This document shows, piece by piece, positions 6,761 to 14,023 of a DNA stretch of 32,000 bases. Origin of the DNA: Geotalea daltonii FRC-32 (GTDB lineage: Bacteria; Desulfobacterota; Desulfuromonadia; Geobacterales; Geobacteraceae); assembly GCF_000022265.1 (NCBI RefSeq), contig NC_011979.1, positions 930,001-962,000 of the forward strand, read 5' to 3'. A program made the translations under genes and the position numbers. The notes beneath the pieces are model-generated. The model was not told where the DNA came from, searched no databases, and worked only from the letters and a program-made list of their open reading frames with translations. Each line of letters opens with the position of its first letter. Position 1 is the first letter of the stretch.

Positions 6761-8047
6761 TTGGGAACAACTGTATTTGGAAAAGGAGCTTGGCTCTTTG
6801 TGCCCGGCATCCTCTGTTTTCTGACTTCTGCACCGGTATTCGCCGAGACACAGAAGCTGGCGTTGCCGCAGGTAATCGAAATTTCGTTACAGAACAACGG
6901 TGATCTCAAATCGTTCCGTGAAGAGAAAGGCATTCGCGATGCCGGTAAAAACCGTGCGGGACTGCTGCCCAATCCTACCCTCGAACTGAACGGAGGCACC
7001 GGTGCCCTGACCGGCAGCAGCGCCGAAAACAGCCTGTCGCTAGGGATTTCCCAGGAGTTCCTGCTGGCCGGAAAACGCCATAAACGGCTCGTCATCGCTG
7101 AACAGGAACTGGCAGCGTACCGGTGGCAACTGGCTGATCGTGAACGAGCGCTCCGCGAAGAGGTCAAGATGGCATTCTATGACGCCATACTGGCTGAACA
7201 GCGGCTTAACCTGACGGACCGTTCCATTGCACTCAATAGACAACTCCTTGATGTGACAAAGGAGCGTCTGGCCGCCGGAGACATTCCGGAGCTGGAAATG
7301 AATCTGGTCAAAGTGGAATTGACGCGCAGTGAAGGTACACGAATCGAGGTCGAGCGTGCGCTGCTGCAAAACCGCGCCAGACTTTTCACGCTGATGGGGT
7401 TGCCGGCCATTGAATCTCCGGCGATTGCAGGGAATCTGGATAATGACCTGCCTACGGCAAAGAGTCTGGTCGATCTGAAACAGCTGGCGCTCGTGAAACG
7501 TCCTGATCTGAAAGTATTGGAGGCGGAAAAATCAAAGGGGGAAGCGGATATTGCCCTTGCCAAGTCGGAAGCCATCCCGAACCTTACCGCCGGCTTCACG
7601 GTAACACGCGAGGCAACGACCATAGAGGTGGGCGGAGTGGAAGGCAAGGACACGGACTATATCGTCGGCGTGAAGCTGTCGATCCCCATTCCGGTGTTCG
7701 ATAAAAATCAGGCCGGTATTCAAGAAGCCAGGGCCAAGCGGAGTACTACCGACAGCCGTTTTACTGCAGCCACAAGGAGAGCTGAACGGGAAGTAGAGAC
7801 TGCCCATGCCAGCTATCTCAATGCCGATAAGATCCTCTCACTCTACAAATCGAACATCATTCCCCAGCTTGAAGAAAACCTGAAGCTGACCCAGGAAGCA
7901 TATCGCCTCGGTGAAGTCGGCATTCTGGCCGTCATCCAGGAACAAAAGAAATTCTTCGAAAGCAATGAAGCTTACCTTACGGCGCTTCACAGCCGGCAGC
8001 TGGCGCTGACAAAGCTGGAGGCGGCGGTGGGTGTGTCATTTGATTAA
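6761..8047 (+). CDS. TolC-family outer membrane efflux factor (CzcC/CusC-like)
   Basis: TTG start is preceded by AAAGGAGG. Signal peptide ends FAETQ. Two coiled-coil/barrel repeats with LPNPTLELNGG and typical OEP helices. It is the first gene of an OMF-MFP-RND triad. Confidence 0.85.
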   Translation: MGTTVFGKGAWLFVPGILCFLTSAPVFAETQKLALPQVIEISLQNNGDLKSFREEKGIRDAGKNRAGLLPNPTLELNGGTGALTGSSAENSLSLGISQEFLLAGKRHKRLVIAEQELAAYRWQLADRERALREEVKMAFYDAILAEQRLNLTDRSIALNRQLLDVTKERLAAGDIPELEMNLVKVELTRSEGTRIEVERALLQNRARLFTLMGLPAIESPAIAGNLDNDLPTAKSLVDLKQLALVKRPDLKVLEAEKSKGEADIALAKSEAIPNLTAGFTVTREATTIEVGGVEGKDTDYIVGVKLSIPIPVFDKNQAGIQEARAKRSTTDSRFTAATRRAEREVETAHASYLNADKILSLYKSNIIPQLEENLKLTQEAYRLGEVGILAVIQEQKKFFESNEAYLTALHSRQLALTKLEAAVGVSFD

Positions 8048-8053
8048 TCTATC

Positions 8054-8109
8054 GTAGGGGCGATCCTTGTGATCGTCCAGATAAGGGCAAACACAAGGTT
8101 TGCCCCTAC
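8054..8109. repeat. REP/BIME-like inverted pair of ~22-nt hairpin units in the OMF-MFP intergenic gap
   Basis: Unit 1 is GGGGCGATCCTTGTGATCGTCC (8057-8078). Unit 2 is GGGCAAACACAAGGTTTGCCCC (8085-8106), a diverged reverse-complement copy. The outer GTAGGGGC (8054-8061) can alternatively pair with GCCCCTAC (8102-8109). Confidence 0.55.
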
Positions 8110-8134
8110 ACGACCAACGTATTTGGAGGAAACC

Positions 8135-9391
8135 GTGAACAAGAAAGCAATCATCATCGGACTCATCCTTGCCCTGGTCCTGGGGGGGGGCGTCGCCTAC
8201 CAGCTGACCCATTCCGTAACAGGAGGTGACGAGCATGCCGAACATAAGGACGAAAAGGGTGTCCACGAAGAGAAGGAACACAAGGAAGAGAAGGGAGGAC
8301 ATGAGGGCCATGAGGAAAAGAGTGAGGCTGGCAGCGTCAAGATGACCGCCGAGGTACAGAAGGAGAATGGCGTGGTAGTGACCGTTGCGAAGAAGCAGCC
8401 CATTGCCGGTATGATCAGCGCCACCGGTAAGGTTGAGGCCAATGCCGACCGAATCGCTCATGTCTCACCGCGCATCTCAGGCAAGATAGTCGCCGTTAAG
8501 GCCTCTTTAGGGGATAGCGTGGCTTCCGGACAATCCTTGGCGACCCTGGACAGCATCGAACTGGGGGAAGCCCTCAACCGTTACCAACAGTCGAAAACGA
8601 AACTTGCCCTGGCCCAGTCGAATATGGACCGGATCAAGGCCCTTGTGGAAAAGAAGATTGCCGCTCGCAAAGATATCCTCCAGGCGGAAACCGATTACAA
8701 GACCGCCCAAACCGAGCTGCATACCGACGAAGAGCGCTTGTCGCTGTATGGTGTTTCTGCGTCTGACCTCAAAGGAGACGGCCACAAAAAGCCGCGTCTG
8801 CCGGTACGCTCCCCAATCGGCGGCATCATTACCGAAAAACACGCTATCGTCGGCGAACTGGCCGATCCCTCCAAGAGCCTCTACACCGTTGCCGACCTCT
8901 CGTCGGTATGGGTGTTGGTGGACATTCACGAAAAGGACCTGGCCAAGGTGCGTAGGGGACAGCCGGCCATTGTCTCGGTAGGCGCATTTCCCGACCAGAA
9001 GCTGAAAGGTCGTATCACGTACATCGCCGATTTAGTTGACGAGACTACCAGAACTGTTAAAGCGCGGATTGAAGTTCCCAATCCCGGTCGGAAGCTGAAA
9101 CCGGAGATGTTCGCTACTGTCGAATTGGCGCTTTCGGCTGGTGCACCGCCGGTTCTGGCTGTTCCCGAAGATGCCGTGCAGGACCTGGATGGTAAAAAGG
9201 TCGTCTTCATCGCGGAAAGTGATGCAGAGTTCGCCGTGCGCCAGGTTCAGGCAGGCCGGACGGCAGGCGGCATGGTCGAGATTGTCTCCGGCCTGAAAGA
9301 GGGTGATCGCTATGCAATCAAAGGAGCATTCATTCTCAAGTCGGAAATAAAGAAGGGCGAACTCGTCGACGAGCATGGCCACGGAGAGTAA
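8135..9391 (+). CDS. RND efflux periplasmic adaptor (HlyD/CzcB/CusB family) with a His/Glu/Lys-rich N-terminal segment
   Basis: Start trimmed to GTG 8135, after GGAGGAA. TM anchor is AIIIGLILALVLGGG. His-rich stretch is DEHAEHKDEKGVHEEKEHKEEKGGHEGHEEKSE (8225-8326). It has typical barrel-sandwich, lipoyl and beta-barrel regions and a DEHGHGE C-terminus. Confidence 0.85.
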   Translation: MNKKAIIIGLILALVLGGGVAYQLTHSVTGGDEHAEHKDEKGVHEEKEHKEEKGGHEGHEEKSEAGSVKMTAEVQKENGVVVTVAKKQPIAGMISATGKVEANADRIAHVSPRISGKIVAVKASLGDSVASGQSLATLDSIELGEALNRYQQSKTKLALAQSNMDRIKALVEKKIAARKDILQAETDYKTAQTELHTDEERLSLYGVSASDLKGDGHKKPRLPVRSPIGGIITEKHAIVGELADPSKSLYTVADLSSVWVLVDIHEKDLAKVRRGQPAIVSVGAFPDQKLKGRITYIADLVDETTRTVKARIEVPNPGRKLKPEMFATVELALSAGAPPVLAVPEDAVQDLDGKKVVFIAESDAEFAVRQVQAGRTAGGMVEIVSGLKEGDRYAIKGAFILKSEIKKGELVDEHGHGE

Positions 9392-9549
9392 CCCCCCTGT
9401 CCTGAGGGACGTAACGTTGTGACTGGAGCGGAGCATCGATGAAGTCGCCATTTTCGCCCCCTCTTAAGGTAAGAGGACCCACAGGGCCTAAAGGGGACGT
9501 GGGGAATTATGAACCGGTGCTGACTGCACAGCAACAGGAGAAAATACCG

Positions 9550-12500
9550 ATGCTGGAAAAAATAATTGCCTGCACATTACGGCAGAAAGGGATGGTCATC
9601 TTCCTTTCCCTGCTGATTGTTGCCTTGGGATTGTATTCTTATCTGAAATTGCCGATCGATGCATTTCCGGATGTAACGAACATTCAGGTTGAAGTGGTAA
9701 GTCACGCCGACGGACTGTCGGCACTAGAAATTGAGAGGAATGTAACCTACCCGATTGAAATGGCAATGCGGGGCCTGCCCGACATCGAACAAATGCGTTC
9801 GGTGACCAAGTTCGGCCTGTCGATTGTCACCATTGTCTTCAAGGACAATGTGGATATCTATTTTGCACGCCAGCTGGTTTTCGAGCGGTTGGCGGAGGCC
9901 CGTGAAAAGGTCCCCAAGGGGGTTGAGGTAGCCATGGGGCCGATCGGCACGGCCATGGGGGAGATTTACCAATATACCCTCGAAGGAAAGATGCCGGCTG
10001 ACCCACAGCAGAAGCTCGCCTATTTGACCAATCTGAGAACCATTCAGGAGTGGATTGTCACCCCCCAGCTGAAAAGTGTTGCCGGCGTAAACGAGATCAA
10101 CTCCTTCGGCGGGTATTTCAAGCAGTACCAGGTGATCGTGGCCCCGGAAAAGCTGCTCAAATATGCCATAACCGTGGACGATGTCTATTCCGCCATCGGC
10201 AGCAACAACGAGAACGTCGGCGGCAACCTCTTAGAGCGGGGCACCGATCAGTACATCGTCCGCGGGGTCGGTTTGATAAAAGACGTCAGCGACATAGAAA
10301 ATATCGTCCTGAAGTCTGCCGGTGGTACTCCGACGTATATCCGCGATGTGGCCCAGGTCAAGGTCGGCGAGGCGGTCCGCATGGGCGCCGCCATGAAGGA
10401 CGGCAAGGATGAGTGTGTCGGCGGCATCGTCATGATGCTGCGCGGCGAAAACAGCCGTGACGTTGTGCGCCGGGTAGCGGAAAAAGTAAAGGAAATGAAT
10501 GAAAACAATGTGCTTCCGGAGGGGATCAAACTTGTTCCCTATTATGACCGGAGCGACATTGTAAAAGCGAGTGTGGGTACCGTCAACAAAGCGCTGATCG
10601 AGGGCTCAATCCTGGTCCTGATCGTGCTGTACCTCTTGCTGAACAGTTTCCGGGGCAGTTTTGTCGTCCTTATCGCCTTGCCGCTGTCTCTATTGGCGAC
10701 ATTCATCGTCATGAAACTTGTCGGCATAACCGCCAACCTGATGTCCCTCGGCGGTCTGGCCATTTCCATCGGCATGATCATCGATACGACCATTATCCAG
10801 GTGGAAAACGTCCAGCGACATTTGAGCGAAGAGGGAGGAAAGCACCCTGGATTAATGACCGTGCTGAAAGCGGTCATGGAAGTCAGAAAGCCGAGTATCT
10901 TCGGCGAGCTTATCATTGCTCTCACTTTCATCCCCATCCTTTCCCTGGAAGGTCACGAAGGAAAGATGTTCGGCCCATTGGCTATAACGGTGACAATTGC
11001 ACTTCTTGCCTCATTGTTCCTGTCAATATTCGTTATCCCGGTCCTCTGCATCCTGTTTCTGAAACCGCACCCGGAAAAAGAGAGTTTCCTCATGAAGCAT
11101 GCCGGCAGGCTCTATCTGCCGCTGCTCGACTATGCCATGAATACGAAGCGCGTGGTGTTGAGTGTTGCGGGTCTGCTTCTGGTTGTTTCTCTCTTCCTGT
11201 TAACACGGCTGGGAACGGAGTTCATCCCGATCATGGATGAAGGCTCGTTTGACATGGATGTTTCCATGCTCCCCGGTGTTTCCCTGGCCAAGGCTTTGGA
11301 AGTAAACCAAATGGCCGCAGCGAAGCTGAAGCAGTTTCCGGAATTGGACACTGTCGTGGGCCGAACCGGGCAGACCGGGGTCGCCCTGGATACCAGGGGG
11401 GCTGACAAGACCGGCTACGTGGGGATCTTCAAACCGAAGGACGAATGGAAGCGGGATATATCCAAAGAAGAGCTGATCAATGAGATGCGGGAATCTCTTG
11501 AATCGATTGCAGGCATTACTTTCGGCTTCAGTCAGCCGATCCAATGCCGTATTGACGAACTCCTTGCCGGAACACGGGCGCAGCTGATTCTCAAGCTGTT
11601 TGGTGAAGATATCGATGTGCTGAGTGAGAAATCGGCCGAAATCGCCAAAGTTCTGTCCACGGTAAAGGGTGGGACCGATCTGAATGCGGAAAAAGTTACG
11701 GGGCAGCCCTACCTGACGGTCAACATCGACCGGGCAAAGATTGCCCGCTATGGCCTGAATATCAGTGACGTGCAAAAGGTGATCGAAATTGCCGTGGCTG
11801 GTAAAGCAGCATCGCAGCTGTTTGAGGAAAATCGCAGCTTCGATATCTCGGTTCGCCTGCCGGAAGAAAAAAGGAATTCCCTGGAAGCGATCAAGAATCT
11901 GATGATCACTACGAAAACCGGGATCAATGTGCCGCTGGAACAGCTGGCTGAAGTGGAGATGATCGAAGGCCCGGCCCAGATCAGCCGCCAGGACGGAGTG
12001 AGAAGAATCGGCATCGAGATGAACATCACTGGCCGGGATATGGGCGGATTTGTTGCCGAGGCCAAGCAGAAAATCAAGGAGCAGGTCAAGCTGCCGGCCG
12101 GCTATTATCTCACCTGGGGTGGACAATTCGAGAATCAGCAACGGGCCATGAACAAGCTGATGATCATCGGACCGGTAGCCATCGGTTTGATACTGCTGCT
12201 GCTGTACGTCACATTCAGATCGATCCGCCTGGCGTTGCTGGTCATCTGCAATCTGCCGTTCGCCTTGATCGGCGGAGTCTTCGCCCTCTTCATGTCGGGG
12301 CAATATCTGTCGGTTCCGGCATCGGTAGGATTTGTCGTTTTGTTCGGCGTTGCCGTCCTGAACGGGCTGGTTCTGGTATCGCGCATCTCGCAACTGCGTG
12401 ATGAAGGCTTTGGATTGCAGGAGGCCATCAGGAAGGGAAGTCTCGATCGATTGCGTCCGGTACTGATGACCGCATCAATCGCTATTTTCAGTCTGATGCC

Positions 12501-12654
12501 CATGCTGCTGGCAAGCGGAACGGGCTCTGAAATCCAGAAGCCACTGGCAACGGTTGTTGTGGGGGGACTGGTTACCTCGACGCTGCTGACACTGCTGATC
12601 ATCCCGTCGGTGTATGGCTGGTTCGAGAAGAGGAAGGTCGAAATGGAAATGTAA
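9550..12654 (+). CDS. Heavy-metal efflux RND permease (CusA/CzcA family, 1034 aa)
   Basis: Start trimmed to ATG 9550, after AGGAG. N-terminus MLEKIIACTLRQKGMVIFLSLLIVALGLYSYLKLPIDAFPDVTNIQVEV is typical of HME-RND pumps. It has 12 TM segments and two large periplasmic loops. The TM4 motif is NLMSLGGLAISIGMIIDTTIIQVEN (10735-10809). Confidence 0.92.
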   Translation: MLEKIIACTLRQKGMVIFLSLLIVALGLYSYLKLPIDAFPDVTNIQVEVVSHADGLSALEIERNVTYPIEMAMRGLPDIEQMRSVTKFGLSIVTIVFKDNVDIYFARQLVFERLAEAREKVPKGVEVAMGPIGTAMGEIYQYTLEGKMPADPQQKLAYLTNLRTIQEWIVTPQLKSVAGVNEINSFGGYFKQYQVIVAPEKLLKYAITVDDVYSAIGSNNENVGGNLLERGTDQYIVRGVGLIKDVSDIENIVLKSAGGTPTYIRDVAQVKVGEAVRMGAAMKDGKDECVGGIVMMLRGENSRDVVRRVAEKVKEMNENNVLPEGIKLVPYYDRSDIVKASVGTVNKALIEGSILVLIVLYLLLNSFRGSFVVLIALPLSLLATFIVMKLVGITANLMSLGGLAISIGMIIDTTIIQVENVQRHLSEEGGKHPGLMTVLKAVMEVRKPSIFGELIIALTFIPILSLEGHEGKMFGPLAITVTIALLASLFLSIFVIPVLCILFLKPHPEKESFLMKHAGRLYLPLLDYAMNTKRVVLSVAGLLLVVSLFLLTRLGTEFIPIMDEGSFDMDVSMLPGVSLAKALEVNQMAAAKLKQFPELDTVVGRTGQTGVALDTRGADKTGYVGIFKPKDEWKRDISKEELINEMRESLESIAGITFGFSQPIQCRIDELLAGTRAQLILKLFGEDIDVLSEKSAEIAKVLSTVKGGTDLNAEKVTGQPYLTVNIDRAKIARYGLNISDVQKVIEIAVAGKAASQLFEENRSFDISVRLPEEKRNSLEAIKNLMITTKTGINVPLEQLAEVEMIEGPAQISRQDGVRRIGIEMNITGRDMGGFVAEAKQKIKEQVKLPAGYYLTWGGQFENQQRAMNKLMIIGPVAIGLILLLLYVTFRSIRLALLVICNLPFALIGGVFALFMSGQYLSVPASVGFVVLFGVAVLNGLVLVSRISQLRDEGFGLQEAIRKGSLDRLRPVLMTASIAIFSLMPMLLASGTGSEIQKPLATVVVGGLVTSTLLTLLIIPSVYGWFEKRKVEMEM

Positions 12655-12660
12655 TAAAAA

Positions 12661-12740
12661 ACATGTACCGCAGGGTGCGCAGAGGGTGCTGGGGAAAAGA
12701 GAAGAGTTTCTGCCAATCTCTGCGCGCACTGCGGCATGTA
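12661..12740. repeat. Long imperfect inverted repeat (23-nt arms, ~33-nt loop) immediately after the RND stop; a terminator-like or REP-like element
   Basis: Arm ACATGTACCGCAGGGTGCGCAGAG (12661-12684) pairs with CTCTGCGCGCACTGCGGCATGTA (12718-12740). About 20 of 23 positions pair, including G-U. No T-tract follows. Confidence 0.5.
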
Positions 12741-13171
12741 ACTGTAATTGCTGATCTCTATAAAAGAAGGTGTATGTAAGTTTGACCTTTGGCTGGGATG
12801 CTGGTTGGCTATATCCCAAAAAGCGGGGTGGGGTGCGCCTCCGGTCTGATAAGAATGGCTGTGAGAGAGGAAATTACGGGATTTGGCGGAGGATGTTGCT
12901 GCTCTTGATCAGTTAACATCCGGTAACCATAGGGGTTTTTCGCTGACCTCCGGGCTGATTTATCGTGTTTAAGCGATATTTTTTTTCTCTACACTAATAA
13001 ACAGCTTCCTTAAGCATGACCATCCCTTCCGGACTCTTTTTTTTCATTCCTGATAATTCCTTCCCCCTCTAGTCCTGCCTTCTCCACTCACATCCGATGT
13101 TATATCTGGTTATATTTATGGAATGAATCTTGAATTAATGCTGACCAAACTGTCTGCGAAGGGAAAGATTC

Positions 13172-14023
13172 ATGGTACCTGGTGTCAGAATAACAGTTGT
13201 TGTGTCAATTATCCTGTCAATCGTGCTGTCCCTTGCTGAACGCCATCATGCTCTGGCTGGGGAAACCATCCGGATCAATGGTTCCGGTGCAGCTTTGGAC
13301 ATCCTTAAACCGATGATACTGGAGTACAGGAAAAAGCATCCCCAGGTTAATTTCCGGATGGACAGGCCATTGGGAAGTACAGGAGCCATCAAGGCTCTTC
13401 TTGCCGGGGTGGTGGATGTTGCTGTCAGCAGCAAGATTCTTACGCCAGAGGAGTCGGCACAGGGGGCTCTGGCTAGCGATTATGGAAAGATTCCCCTGGC
13501 TGTTGTTTCCACCGCTGGGGTCGGCAAAAAAGAGATAACGACCAGGGAGCTAGAGGATATCTATACCGGAAAGCTGACGAAATGGCCCAATGGTGAGACG
13601 ATCCGCATCATCCTGCGCCCCAGGGAAGACATCGACACGAAAATCCTCGGAGAGCTGTCTCCAGGGATGGGACGCGCGCTGCGGGAGGCACATAAAAAGC
13701 CGGGAATGATTTTTTCCATAACCGACCCGGAAGCCACGGAAAGCATAATCAAAACTCCTGGAGCTATCGGCACGGCAGCCATCTGCTGTGTCATTGACAA
13801 CAAGGGCAGGCTGAATGCCCTCAGCCTCAACGGCAGGAAAGCCTCAGCCAAGGGGGTAGCCGACGGCACTTATCCCCTGGCCAAAGACCTCCGTTTCATC
13901 ACTATCCGCAAAACCCCGCCCGCCGCCCTGGATTTCCTTCGCTTTGTCTACTCTGCCAAAGGGCGTGCCATTGCGGAAAAGGAGGGCATATTGGTTACGG
14001 CAAAGGATGCAGGAAGATCATGA
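13172..14023 (+). CDS. Periplasmic substrate-binding protein, PstS/PBP-like-2 family (orphan; no permease or ATPase nearby)
   Basis: N-terminal signal/anchor is VVVSIILSIVLSLAE. ETIRINGSGAALDILKPMILEYRKKHPQVNFRMDRPLGSTGAIKALLAGVVDVAVSS is the classic type-2 PBP (phosphate-binding-like) pattern. Its stop overlaps the next start (ATGA). Confidence 0.75.
   Translation: MVPGVRITVVVSIILSIVLSLAERHHALAGETIRINGSGAALDILKPMILEYRKKHPQVNFRMDRPLGSTGAIKALLAGVVDVAVSSKILTPEESAQGALASDYGKIPLAVVSTAGVGKKEITTRELEDIYTGKLTKWPNGETIRIILRPREDIDTKILGELSPGMGRALREAHKKPGMIFSITDPEATESIIKTPGAIGTAAICCVIDNKGRLNALSLNGRKASAKGVADGTYPLAKDLRFITIRKTPPAALDFLRFVYSAKGRAIAEKEGILVTAKDAGRS

Noticed and set aside
9392-9549. The 158-nt gap between the adaptor and RND genes, containing a small hairpin (CCTCTT-AAGGT-AAGAGG at 9460-9476). 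The ORF track reads it as an N-terminal extension (MKSPFSPPLKVRGPTGPKGD).
   Set aside because: The stem is only 6 bp and nothing else is recognisable. The extension lacks an RBS, whereas ATG 9550 has AGGAG and gives the canonical RND N-terminus. This is probably just an intercistronic spacer or a degenerate REP-like element.
12820-12960. A possible c-di-GMP (GEMM) riboswitch upstream of the GGDEF-EAL gene pair.
   Set aside because: I could not find the conserved GEMM-I core (GCACAGGGCAAACC ... GACGCAAAGCC.CCGG) or the GEMM-II core. Only a generic CCTCCG/CGGAGG pairing is present. A covariance-model scan is needed before any claim.
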